Shown one piece after another: positions 1-9,722 of a stretch of 59,907 bases of DNA. Each line of letters begins with the position of its first letter. Position 1 is the stretch's first letter. Where the stretch lies: positions 1-59,907 of IMG/VR virus record IMGVR_UViG_3300003086_000042; one strand, written 5' to 3'. This DNA is from a virus. Taxonomy: Duplodnaviria > Caudoviricetes. The notes beneath the pieces are model-generated. The model was not told where the DNA came from. It was given only the letters and a program-made list of their open reading frames with translations, and did not search any database. The position numbers and the translations under genes are program-made.

Positions 1-4
1 TGAT

Positions 5-781
5 ATGACTAATGTAGGTACTTTACCTGCTAGCGTTGTCGCACAATTAAAAGGTGACATAGGAAATACAGGAGCTGCAGGTAGTAATGGTTCTGATGGA
101 TCATTTGACGGTACTTTGAAGACTATTAATGGAGAGAACTTAACTGGTTCTGGTGATATCACAGCTGGTGGGGGTTTTGCTAACCAAATAACTGTTCGTA
201 GTTACGGTCGTGGTAATCATAGTGGTCCACAGGCAACTGCTCAGTCTGCTACATTCACACCAACAGGTACTACCATAATGGTAACAGGTACTGGCGGTGG
301 TGGTAGCGGTCGTGGTGGTGTTACTGTTAGTGTGGCCTCTGGCGGGGGTGGCGGTGCTGCTGTGAAATCTCTGGTTATTGCAGTAACAGCGGGTGTACCG
401 ATATCTATAGTTTCTGGAAGAGGTGGTGCGCAGTCTGGTGGTAGTGCTAACGGTAAGGCTGGAGATCCAGCAACTATTACACAAGGAGGCTCTTTACTAC
501 TTAGTTTAGGTGCTGGAGCAGGCGGTGTTTATGGATCAGCTGCAGGGGGCACAGTGACAGGAACTCAAGTACCTTCACATAGTATTGGGGTTTTTAATGG
601 AAACAGTGGAAGAACTGGACAGAGTGCTCGTAATAAATCGCCAGGGTTAGGTTATTTCGTAACTGTTAGTAATATAGATAATAGTTTTGAGGGGGGCAAT
701 ACGGATGGATCCGGATCGGCTAATGCTGATGCTTCAGGTGCTCAACCCGGGTATGACGGGTTTTTACAAATACTATACTAA
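5..781 (+). CDS. Gly-rich tail fibre protein, C-terminal part (frame open to window edge)
   Basis: LKTINGENLTGSGDI fibre motif, GGGGSG/SGGGGGA tracts; LPAxVVxxLKGDxG motif shared with 2074..2439. Confidence 0.75.
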   Translation: MTNVGTLPASVVAQLKGDIGNTGAAGSNGSDGSFDGTLKTINGENLTGSGDITAGGGFANQITVRSYGRGNHSGPQATAQSATFTPTGTTIMVTGTGGGGSGRGGVTVSVASGGGGGAAVKSLVIAVTAGVPISIVSGRGGAQSGGSANGKAGDPATITQGGSLLLSLGAGAGGVYGSAAGGTVTGTQVPSHSIGVFNGNSGRTGQSARNKSPGLGYFVTVSNIDNSFEGGNTDGSGSANADASGAQPGYDGFLQILY

Positions 782-793
782 TTAGGAGATAAC

Positions 794-1105
794 ATGGCAA
801 AATACTGGGCTATCATTGATAGTGATGGCAAAGAATTAAATAGAGTATGGGACGCGGATGGGGTAACTCCTAGTGACTATGACTCTAAAACTTGGATTGA
901 AACAGACAACATTGAGGACTTACTAGGTAAGCAGTATAATGGTACTGAGTGGGTGACCACTGTAGATACTCGTGATTATACAGAAAAGCGTAAAGAAGAA
1001 TACGATTCATTAAATCAATTTGAAATGCAATTTGATGATCAAAGAGACGGAACCACTACTTGGGTAGATGCTATTAATGCTATCAAAGCTAAGTTTCCAA
1101 AGTAA
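794..1105 (+). CDS. Tail fibre-associated (assembly chaperone-like) protein
   Basis: RBS AGGAG; C-terminal RKEEY...W.DAINAIKAKFPK typical of small proteins following fibres in marine phages. Confidence 0.6.
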   Translation: MAKYWAIIDSDGKELNRVWDADGVTPSDYDSKTWIETDNIEDLLGKQYNGTEWVTTVDTRDYTEKRKEEYDSLNQFEMQFDDQRDGTTTWVDAINAIKAKFPK

Positions 1106-1167
1106 ATAAACTAATGCCTCAATATAGAGGTGCTTAAAATCAATTAAGTCGTTAGGAGAAAATAAAA

Positions 1168-2070
1168 ATGGGAAGAAAATTTAAGTTTGTAAAAAAGGAC
1201 GGTACAGAACTATCTCCTAATAAACTGAAGAAATATATTAGAGGTGCTGATGGTACCTTAAGAGAAGCGTCTACTGCAGAAGTAGAAGCAGCTGCACTTA
1301 CCGAACTGGTCTTTTCGGGGTCTAAATCAGATATCCGTAAAGGAGAAATGTCAGAACGTAATGTTACTGTACTACATAATAAAGTATTAGAAGTAGAAAC
1401 ATCTGTAGGTACTGAGGAAACTCGTGCAACAGCAGCAGAAGGAGTATTAACAGCTTCTATCTCTACTGAGGAATCAGCTAGAACTTCAGCTATTAATTCT
1501 ACCAATGCTACATTAGCTGCGGAAACTACTGCTAGAACTAATGAAGATACAGCATTAGGCGGGAGACTTACTACTTTAGAAAATGCTCCTACTGTTGCTC
1601 CTATGACTAGTTCAACTATAGCTCCTACTTCTCCTACTGTTGGAGATACATGGTTCAGAACGGATACTAGTGTCTTGTATATGTATGTAAATGATGGGGA
1701 TTCCCTTCAATGGATAGATATTAGTACAGACACATTAATGGCGGACTATGTTCCATATGCTACTTATACTCCAGCACAAGCTGCTCAAGATGTCCTAATT
1801 TCTAATTTATTAGCTGCTAATACAACTAATATAGCATCAATTGCTACTAATACTACTAATATTGCTACTGAGACTACTCGTGCTACAGCAGCAGAAGGTA
1901 CTAATGCTACGGATATTAGTAACCTACAAAGTAGTAAGGCCACAGTTTTTAATCAAAATACTGCACCTAGTACTGGGTTCTCCGCTGGAGATATATGGGT
2001 AGATACAGACGACGCTATTGTTTCAATAGCAGGCAATATTGCCGGATCACTAGAATGGATAGGAGTATAG
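1168..2070 (+). CDS. Tail fibre / coiled-coil virion protein
   Basis: ETRATAAEG repeats; PTSPTVGDTWF and APSTGFSAGDIWVDT fibre repeats. Confidence 0.7.
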   Translation: MGRKFKFVKKDGTELSPNKLKKYIRGADGTLREASTAEVEAAALTELVFSGSKSDIRKGEMSERNVTVLHNKVLEVETSVGTEETRATAAEGVLTASISTEESARTSAINSTNATLAAETTARTNEDTALGGRLTTLENAPTVAPMTSSTIAPTSPTVGDTWFRTDTSVLYMYVNDGDSLQWIDISTDTLMADYVPYATYTPAQAAQDVLISNLLAANTTNIASIATNTTNIATETTRATAAEGTNATDISNLQSSKATVFNQNTAPSTGFSAGDIWVDTDDAIVSIAGNIAGSLEWIGV

Positions 2071-2073
2071 GAG

Positions 2074-2439
2074 ATGGCATTTTTTAATTTTAGAAACTTT
2101 ATTCAAAAGAAAGTTAGAACACATAAAAGTACATTTAATTTTGTAACAAAATCGGCAGATGATGTAGTAGACTTTGGAGAAACCGCGTATAAGTTTGATG
2201 GTAAACGGTGGCTTAAATCGGAAGATGAAGATGAGATAAGTATTACTGATGCAGTAAATATAGATGACTCCACAACTTACGCGTCTGCTAAGGCTGTGAA
2301 GACTCTAAACGATAGTAAAGCTAATACAGATCTTAGCAACGTATCTAGTCCATTACCAGCTGCTGTAGTTACTGAGTTAAAAGGTGATGTAGGTGCAACA
2401 TTTGTTATGGATGGCACTACACTTAATATTACTACGTAA
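2074..2439 (+). CDS. Tail fibre repeat protein
   Basis: STTYASAKAVKTLND tail-fibre repeat; RBS GGAG. Confidence 0.6.
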   Translation: MAFFNFRNFIQKKVRTHKSTFNFVTKSADDVVDFGETAYKFDGKRWLKSEDEDEISITDAVNIDDSTTYASAKAVKTLNDSKANTDLSNVSSPLPAAVVTELKGDVGATFVMDGTTLNITT

Positions 2440-2448
2440 GGAAACAAC

Positions 2449-3180
2449 ATGCCAACACAGAGTATAGATTTAACTAACGTAGCAGACGCTACTTTTAATG
2501 GCTCAACTGTTGAGCAGATTAACTTGAACGGTAGCGGCATTTGGACGAAGCCAGTAGTTTCGTTATGGAACATGTATTGGGATGAATCACGAGGAAATCC
2601 CGAAGTTGGTGGACCTGATGGTGTAGGTTTGTATAACCTTTCACGCTCTGTAGCTGATACACCACATCCAATGTCAAATCGTTTCTATTCGCCAGATAGT
2701 AACGGGGCAATTGCTGACCGTGATGGAGTTGTCTATATAGGTCCGGCTAGAGAGATGGATCAAGGTACTGGAAGTATTGGTGAGGGAAATGAGTTGATAC
2801 ACGCTCAGTTTGTCTCAACAACTGTTCCTTTTTATGTAGCCCCGAACGCTAATCACTTTTATCATTACGGCGTATATCAGATTGCCCCTACAACTTACCA
2901 CCATCCTGAGATTACTCCTTTTGCCACAGTGAGTCTTGCTGATGGTATTCAGCCTATTGATGGGGGTGTTACAAGTGGGTCAGTTTCATGGCCCTGTACA
3001 GTATGTGTTGTGGTTGGTGCGTATGGTGTGTGCGACCAATATGCGGACACGACTTGTTACGGATCTTTTAGTATAACCCCAACTTTGCTAAGTATTGATG
3101 GACTACCTTTTTGGAGATTAGACCCTACAACTGGTCGGATGTATTACAAGAACGCTGATTCATGGTGTTCAGTCGATTGA
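2449..3180 (+). CDS. Putative tail-associated protein with Cys-rich segment
   Basis: N-terminal FNGSTVEQINLNGSGIW resembles fibre-tip domains; lies in the fibre cluster. Confidence 0.5.
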   Translation: MPTQSIDLTNVADATFNGSTVEQINLNGSGIWTKPVVSLWNMYWDESRGNPEVGGPDGVGLYNLSRSVADTPHPMSNRFYSPDSNGAIADRDGVVYIGPAREMDQGTGSIGEGNELIHAQFVSTTVPFYVAPNANHFYHYGVYQIAPTTYHHPEITPFATVSLADGIQPIDGGVTSGSVSWPCTVCVVVGAYGVCDQYADTTCYGSFSITPTLLSIDGLPFWRLDPTTGRMYYKNADSWCSVD

Positions 3181-3701
3181 TTCAAGTACAGGTAAATAAT
3201 ATATGCCGTAAGCATGAATATGGTAATAAAGATTTACAATACCAAGTAGGTCTTGATACTGTGTTGAAACATTTTGACATTCAAGGGGACATTTGTGGGG
3301 TATCCCACAATGGGAGCACTAAATATGATGTGTATTGTCTAGGTAAACCTACTGTGTCTCCAGTAGATTTAAGTCACATTATCACAGACCCTTTAGCGAA
3401 GGATTTAATAGCGTTTAAGATAGATTTAGAAGATAATTCTATTAGGACAAAGATATACCATATTGGCAATATATTTAAGATTCCATTTGATAAACCAATT
3501 GCGGGAACTGGTGTGTACGTAGGTGAGGACACTTTTACTGTGTATTACCCAACAGACTATGAAGTACCTACCACTAACTACTACGATTTAATGACCCGTC
3601 AGGGCTTCTCAGCAACCACTTTTTATAGTGACGGCACAACTAGTGATGAGAGCATATATACTAATACAACTAAAGGGAGTGACACAGATGCCATTAACTA
3701 A
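3162..3701 (+). CDS. Hypothetical protein
   Basis: 179-aa ORF overlapping both neighbours. Confidence 0.55.
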   Translation: MVFSRLIQVQVNNICRKHEYGNKDLQYQVGLDTVLKHFDIQGDICGVSHNGSTKYDVYCLGKPTVSPVDLSHIITDPLAKDLIAFKIDLEDNSIRTKIYHIGNIFKIPFDKPIAGTGVYVGEDTFTVYYPTDYEVPTTNYYDLMTRQGFSATTFYSDGTTSDESIYTNTTKGSDTDAIN

Positions 3702-4284
3702 AATAACAAATAAAGATTACCTGAATCAACTAGTTTCTCTAGTACCTCAGATATACAGCGAATACTTAGCTGCTGAAAGCACCTCTAATAGTACCAGTTT
3801 AAATGGTGGGATTCAAGGGTGGGACTTTACACAAGTGGTCATAGGGGGTTTGCCTTTAGCAAACCTTAACCTAATGCCAACACTTAAGACAGAGATAGAA
3901 TCTTTTCCACCAAACATACACCCTGTAATGATATTAATATCTACTATACGTGGTGGTGAATTATCTGAAGATAATGCACACAGTGAGGGATACCCAACAG
4001 GAATGCACAGATACCACATACCTCTAAAACTTTGCGAAGGTGTTGCACTGAATATCGAAGAATACGCAGATAGGTGGGAGCGATATACGTGGGAAGAAGG
4101 GTCTGTGTATGAATTTGAAAACCCTCAGAATACTCACTTTATTAGCCAGGGCGATGCACTAGAAGACAGAACTGTATTATTAGTTGACATTTTCGAAGAT
4201 ACACCGCCAACGCAAGAAGAACTAGATTTAATAAAACAGATAGCAGCCCCCTTCTTCAAGGATGGTGAAGATGTGTTTAGTTAG
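3688..4284 (+). CDS. Aspartyl/asparaginyl beta-hydroxylase-like 2OG-Fe(II) oxygenase
   Basis: HSE...RYHIPL...W.EG....F....H.......DR..L.VD pattern; ATG 3688 with GGAG RBS. Confidence 0.75.
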   Translation: MPLTKITNKDYLNQLVSLVPQIYSEYLAAESTSNSTSLNGGIQGWDFTQVVIGGLPLANLNLMPTLKTEIESFPPNIHPVMILISTIRGGELSEDNAHSEGYPTGMHRYHIPLKLCEGVALNIEEYADRWERYTWEEGSVYEFENPQNTHFISQGDALEDRTVLLVDIFEDTPPTQEELDLIKQIAAPFFKDGEDVFS

Positions 4285-5182
4285 TTTCTCAAAAAACAAG
4301 ACTTACACTTCAACACAAAAGATTGACAAGTTTGATGGCTCACCTAAGTGGGGGTATATAGACATAACATCTAAATGTTCTCATGGATGTTCCTGGTGTT
4401 ATGGGGGTTTTAATGAAGACTTAAATTCAGAGATGAGTATCAATGACTTTAAGAATGTACTTGCCAAGTTAAAGGTGATGGGGTTACATCAGATTACTAT
4501 TAGTGGCGGTGAACCCACTGAACACCCACACTTCTTAGAGATGGTAGCAGAGGCAACTAAAGACTTCATGGTGCATATTTGTTCGCATGGCGATTGGACC
4601 AAAGATTGGGCGAAAGACTTAGCAGTATTAGGTGTGAGTCAGATTCAGTTTAACTATCAAGGCTCTAAACGACATGATGGTGTCCATAAAGTATTAGGAT
4701 CTTACATGAAGCAAGTAAGAGCAATCAAGCAATCTATCGAGGCAGGACTAGAAACAGTCGGTACGGTGACTGTGGGTGCCTACAACTTAAAAGATGTAGA
4801 TGTTATATTTAAAGAACTGTCAGATTTTGGCATTACTCGGTTAAGGGTATGGGAAACAGTTGGCAAGGGTAACAAGTGGCGTAAGGGTAAAGAAGCAAAA
4901 GAGATATTTGAATTATGTCAAGAGTCAGCATTTAAGTTAGGTTACTTACACACACAATCCTATGATCCTGAGTTTAAAGCAGACAGTTTTGTATCTTGCC
5001 CTGCTATGAGCGAAATGCTTATGTATATTAATTCTGATTCTGAGTTGAGATTCTGTACTGCTATTGATATGCCTATTGCCTCATTTAAAGAAGATACATA
5101 TCAAGTTATTCAAAACAAGTATTCAAAATTTATGAAAGACGTGGCAAGTAAAGGAAGTCGTTGTGTAGCTAGAGAAGAATGA
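4262..5182 (+). CDS. Radical SAM protein with truncated SPASM/twitch-like C-terminus
   Basis: CSHGCSWC motif, SGGEP, C-terminal CPAM...INSDSELRFC. Confidence 0.9.
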   Translation: MVKMCLVSFSKNKTYTSTQKIDKFDGSPKWGYIDITSKCSHGCSWCYGGFNEDLNSEMSINDFKNVLAKLKVMGLHQITISGGEPTEHPHFLEMVAEATKDFMVHICSHGDWTKDWAKDLAVLGVSQIQFNYQGSKRHDGVHKVLGSYMKQVRAIKQSIEAGLETVGTVTVGAYNLKDVDVIFKELSDFGITRLRVWETVGKGNKWRKGKEAKEIFELCQESAFKLGYLHTQSYDPEFKADSFVSCPAMSEMLMYINSDSELRFCTAIDMPIASFKEDTYQVIQNKYSKFMKDVASKGSRCVAREE

Positions 5183-5511
5183 TAGTAGCACTCACTTTTA
5201 TTGTAATCGTTTCTACCCTATATACTTTGATTGGATGGGATAGAGTAGGCGATTGTATGAGGAAATGGTTCGATAAAGAGTATTGGACTGACTATAATAT
5301 TATTGAGTTTCTAGCATGGTTTGCTAAAGCGTTAATAATAATACCTGCATTGATATTTCATCAAGAGATATGGCAATTACATTTTGCAACATTAGTCACG
5401 TCATCATTACTCATTTGGGCATCCATGAGGAAGGGATTGCCTACTCTGTTAGCCTTTAATACAATGTGGATTTTGTTGTCTTTGATTGTTATAACGAGGA
5501 ATATAGCATGA
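5179..5511 (+). CDS. Small multi-pass membrane protein
   Basis: Hydrophobic helices; ATGA overlaps at both ends. Confidence 0.65.
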   Translation: MIVALTFIVIVSTLYTLIGWDRVGDCMRKWFDKEYWTDYNIIEFLAWFAKALIIIPALIFHQEIWQLHFATLVTSSLLIWASMRKGLPTLLAFNTMWILLSLIVITRNIA

Positions 5512-7085
5512 AGAATATCGTGATTGTAGGTGGTGGTGCAGCAGGATGGATGTGTGCATCTTACTTAGCATCTCGTAAGCAATATAATATTACTATTATT
5601 GAATCTCCGCAGGTGGGAAAAATAACGATTGGCGGTTCTACTACTCCTTACTTAAAACGCTTCTTTGATGATATTGGTTACCCCGATGAATCCTACTGGA
5701 TGCCTAAGTGTGACGGCACTTACAAGCTTGGCGTATTATATGATGACTGGGATTATAAAGGCTCACGTTGGTGGAATAGTTTTGAAGTAGATGAAAACAA
5801 ATTCCCCTACTGGAACAAACAGAGAGCTGAACAAGATTTACCCCGAGAAGATTTCTATAAGTCTTGTATATTCTCAGCACACGTTGGTATGAATGATGAA
5901 GGCAAGATTAATAAAACTAAAGATGGTAAAGCTGCTTATGTATACCGTGCTACTAAATCTTATGGTGGTTACGTTCAGACACACGCTTATAATTTAGATG
6001 CTGGAAAGCTTGGTGACTTTTTACAAGCACATTTCTCAGATAAGGTAACACATATTGAAGCACACATTGATAAGGTTATTCATAATGACGTGGGTGTCAG
6101 TGAGCTAATTGATGCTAATGGTGGAAAGCATACAGCAGACTTGTTTATCGATTGTACGGGCTTTAAACGCCTATTGATTGACAAAGTATGCGATACACCA
6201 AGAAAATCGCTAGAACCATATTTAACACACGATAAAGCTATGGTAATGCCAGTAGCTTATATTGATGCTCATAAAGAAATGAACCCACGTACTGGTGCAA
6301 AAGCAATGAGTGCTGGCTGGATGTGGAATATACCTCTATATAGTACGATGGTGAATGGCTATGTATATGACTCAAACTTCATAACTGATGAAGAGGTTGA
6401 AGCTGAAATGCGAGAAGTAATTGGTGATAGAGTTAAGGATATTAAGCCTTTTGTTATTCCTATGAATACCGGTCATTACTCAGAACCGTATTCAAAGAAT
6501 GTAGTGGCTGTTGGCTTATCAGCAGGATTTATCGAACCGATGGAAGCCACACTAATAATGAATATCCAACACTCAGCTTATAATATTCATCAGGTATTGA
6601 ATGAGAAAATGAGTAAGGATGTTTATAACGATATTACACGAGAGTCACTAGCCGACACACTAGACTTTCTATCAACTCAATATTATCTATCTCACAGAGA
6701 GGATTCAAAGTTTTGGAAGTCAAGAGGAAAAGCTACGCATATCACTACACGTATGAAGTCTTGGCTGGAGACTTGTAAAAAGGCATTATTACCGCCTGTC
6801 AAAGATGTGTTATTTATTCCTAATTGTTGGATAGCTAAGTTAATTGGTTACGGTTACTTTCCTTCTGGTGATGGTTTTGAAGCACAAGAGCCACAATCAC
6901 TACCGACATTTAGTGGCACTAATTTTGAGCCACGCAATAAACACAAGTACAAATATGTTGATGAGTTGAACGCTCAACAGCAGATGAATGAGATTCGCAA
7001 CTTTGATACTAGTGTACTAATCAGCCAAAAAGAGTATTTAGATAGATTTATTTATAAGTCATCTAAAGAGAAGTCCTCATCCTGA
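5508..7085 (+). CDS. Tryptophan halogenase-family flavin-dependent halogenase
   Basis: VGGGAAGW FAD motif, TYKLG catalytic Lys, FIDCTGF, GWMWNIP (WxWxIP), GFIEPMEAT. Confidence 0.9.
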   Translation: MKNIVIVGGGAAGWMCASYLASRKQYNITIIESPQVGKITIGGSTTPYLKRFFDDIGYPDESYWMPKCDGTYKLGVLYDDWDYKGSRWWNSFEVDENKFPYWNKQRAEQDLPREDFYKSCIFSAHVGMNDEGKINKTKDGKAAYVYRATKSYGGYVQTHAYNLDAGKLGDFLQAHFSDKVTHIEAHIDKVIHNDVGVSELIDANGGKHTADLFIDCTGFKRLLIDKVCDTPRKSLEPYLTHDKAMVMPVAYIDAHKEMNPRTGAKAMSAGWMWNIPLYSTMVNGYVYDSNFITDEEVEAEMREVIGDRVKDIKPFVIPMNTGHYSEPYSKNVVAVGLSAGFIEPMEATLIMNIQHSAYNIHQVLNEKMSKDVYNDITRESLADTLDFLSTQYYLSHREDSKFWKSRGKATHITTRMKSWLETCKKALLPPVKDVLFIPNCWIAKLIGYGYFPSGDGFEAQEPQSLPTFSGTNFEPRNKHKYKYVDELNAQQQMNEIRNFDTSVLISQKEYLDRFIYKSSKEKSSS

Positions 7086-8188
7086 GAACTGTCTATAGCT
7101 GCCACATAGTTTACCGACTCAATCTCTTGAGGCGCACTCTTAAAGTTATCTACCCAAGGTAAAGGGTTATTCTTAATTTTCAATCCTAATTTACTAGGAT
7201 CCATACCAATATTAGTCATTCTAATAGCAAAGATGTAGTCCATGTACTCTTTTAAAATTGCTGCATTCATACCAATTAAAGGAGATCCCATGCTAAATAA
7301 GTGGTCTATCCATTCATTCTCTTCTGAATAAGCAGTACTAAATAACTCGTACATTTCATCTTCCATCTCTTCTGCTACTTCTACAAATCCTTCTTCTCTA
7401 TCAGTCCTTAGGAGTTTAATTACTTTTTGGAATACGTCCAAGTGAATCATCTCATCCCTAGCAATAAGTTTAAATATATTACTAGAACCAGAGAAGAGTT
7501 TAACAGGTTGCTCGGAAAAAGACCAAGCTGTGACGAACGTAGCAAAAAATCGGATACCCTCAAACATATTGAGTACCATAGCACTCTTATAGATAGCCTT
7601 CTTTAGGTCGTTACCAGAAAGCAGAAAGGGTATAGTAGCATCATGCTCGGCACAAGCTATATTAGCTTGATACTTGTCTAGCGTATCTGTAGCGCTATCA
7701 AAAGTCCCTAATATAGATTCAGCTCTTTTCTGTACAAATTCGTCTTGTATAATAGACTCAATAAAAGTATCTACATCATTAAATATAGCCCTAACCATTT
7801 CAGTATAAGATTCTGAGTGTAATAACTCGTTATTCTGATGATTAGTTAGGTACAACTCCCACTCAGGGTTATTACTAATACCACTATCATTGAATAGTTG
7901 TAACGGTCCTCTACCTGCACAACTATCTAGTGCAATAGCAAATTTCAAACCATTTTCAAAGATGTGTCTACCGGCCTTATCAAGTGAATCAAAGTCTGCC
8001 TTCTCTTTACTTAAATCAATTTCATTCTTAGACCAGTTACCAATTGCACGCATCTCTTCTGCAAACTCTAGAATCCAAGGATACTTAGGGTCGTGAAAAG
8101 TTTGTATATTTCTATTACTTACATTATCCCCTAAGAATAATCGTGTTTCTTTGCTTTTTACGGTTGTTCCTAAATTAAATATCTTCAT
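7052..8188 (-). CDS. nrdB: Ribonucleotide reductase class Ia beta subunit
   Basis: LDS, ELLHSESY, EGIRF, IARDEMIH, APQEIE..Y. Confidence 0.95.
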   Translation of the reverse strand: MKIFNLGTTVKSKETRLFLGDNVSNRNIQTFHDPKYPWILEFAEEMRAIGNWSKNEIDLSKEKADFDSLDKAGRHIFENGLKFAIALDSCAGRGPLQLFNDSGISNNPEWELYLTNHQNNELLHSESYTEMVRAIFNDVDTFIESIIQDEFVQKRAESILGTFDSATDTLDKYQANIACAEHDATIPFLLSGNDLKKAIYKSAMVLNMFEGIRFFATFVTAWSFSEQPVKLFSGSSNIFKLIARDEMIHLDVFQKVIKLLRTDREEGFVEVAEEMEDEMYELFSTAYSEENEWIDHLFSMGSPLIGMNAAILKEYMDYIFAIRMTNIGMDPSKLGLKIKNNPLPWVDNFKSAPQEIESVNYVAAIDSSQDEDFSLDDL

Positions 8189-8931
8189 CAGAATTCCTTC
8201 ATTAGTGGGAATATTTTAGCAATCTCTTTAGCACACTTTTTTGCTACTTCAATATGCTCTAATTGTGTACCATTAGAACTTCTAAGTTCTATATAATGTA
8301 CCCAACTTCTAAGTGTTCCATTCATATACATTCTAGACATTGTATTCCCCTCGGGTAATACTACTCTTGCCTGCTCCTTCGCTATATTATTATCAATAGC
8401 AAACTGATATGCTTGTGCTGCTGCTTTTATAACCATATCTTGTTGTATACGCCACATAGCAGCTAGACGTGTATCATCTACTTTTATGGAGTTCTGTCTA
8501 TTTTTGGGATCCTGTATTCTTAGCTCCCTTTGCATAAACTGTAATTCTTTTGTAGGGTCAGCATATCTTTGACTAAACTCTTGGAAACTAAAACTTCTAT
8601 GTCTTAGTATTTGTCTACCTATGTCTCTCGTTGTTTCAATTTCAATAGTAGCACTAACCATTTCTAGTGGGCTCCAATGCTTGTGCTTAATTAGATATTT
8701 AATTAGTTTTTCTGATGTATCTTTATTGAATTGATTTTCGGGATTAGATACTCTAGCACAAAAAGCTATAAGTTCTTGTATATCCTTTACATCATTATCA
8801 AGCATATACTCACTGGGTTGAGAATATGATATAAGAGTAGCTTTAGTAACGCTATCCCCCGTATTTATAAGTCTAGTCGGCATTGAAGCTGATTGAGTAT
8901 TAATATTCTGATTATCTTTAGGTATCTTCAT
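8188..8931 (-). CDS. thyX: Flavin-dependent thymidylate synthase
   Basis: HWSPLE, RHRSFSFQEFSQRY, AKEQAR; start placed after AAGGAG. Confidence 0.95.
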   Translation of the reverse strand: MKIPKDNQNINTQSASMPTRLINTGDSVTKATLISYSQPSEYMLDNDVKDIQELIAFCARVSNPENQFNKDTSEKLIKYLIKHKHWSPLEMVSATIEIETTRDIGRQILRHRSFSFQEFSQRYADPTKELQFMQRELRIQDPKNRQNSIKVDDTRLAAMWRIQQDMVIKAAAQAYQFAIDNNIAKEQARVVLPEGNTMSRMYMNGTLRSWVHYIELRSSNGTQLEHIEVAKKCAKEIAKIFPLMKEF

Positions 8932-9126
8932 TTCGTCTGCTCCTTTTAAGTACATTGACCATTTTGATATAGCTTTATTTTTCTGTATCTTCATTTTTCT
9001 TTTTATCCTCTAATACAGCTTTACCAAACAGTATTCCCATTTGATACTTCGCGTTGTCTAAGTCATTTATGTTTTTTGACTTCTCATACTTGCGTAAATA
9101 TTTCTCTATCTTTTCTCTAAGCTTTT

Positions 9127-9708
9127 TCATATTTTCTTTCCTATTACGTTAAAATTACAGCTAATTGATACTCTATTAGAATTGCTTCTATTTATATTTA
9201 CTTGGTGCGGTAAATTACCTGGAAATACTCGTAATGCTCCAGTAGAAGGGGGTAAGTAATACCTATAGTCTATCGCAGGAGTATTAGTGCGTAATAACTG
9301 TGGTCCTCTAAATCTATCTAGTACTAAATCTCCTTGCTTTTCGTGTGCATCCACATAGTATACACACGATATATCATGTGTTGCATGAATATGAAATTCT
9401 TGAAAAGATCCAGGTTTTCCTACATTAAAAAATGACTGTACTAATTCTACTTTATTATGTTCTAAAGATACTCCTATCTCTGTAACATAAGATTCTACTC
9501 TACTTTGTATTTCTTTAGCTAACTTTTCAAATATAGTATCAGATAGTAACTCTGAATTATTGCCAATACTAGTTTCCATGTTTGAGTCCCATCCTGGTGG
9601 CTCAAAATACTCTAGTTTCATAATATACTCTAATAAATCTTTATTCTGTATATTCTGTATATTATCTAGTAATACAATAGTTGGCCACAGTGCTTGCATA
9701 TTATACAT
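9127..9708 (-). CDS. 2OG-Fe(II) oxygenase (TIGR02466-like)
   Basis: HIH...ISCVYY, FPGNLPHQV, RVSISCN. Confidence 0.85.
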   Translation of the reverse strand: MYNMQALWPTIVLLDNIQNIQNKDLLEYIMKLEYFEPPGWDSNMETSIGNNSELLSDTIFEKLAKEIQSRVESYVTEIGVSLEHNKVELVQSFFNVGKPGSFQEFHIHATHDISCVYYVDAHEKQGDLVLDRFRGPQLLRTNTPAIDYRYYLPPSTGALRVFPGNLPHQVNINRSNSNRVSISCNFNVIGKKI

Positions 9709-9722
9709 TCTACTCTCCTTTG

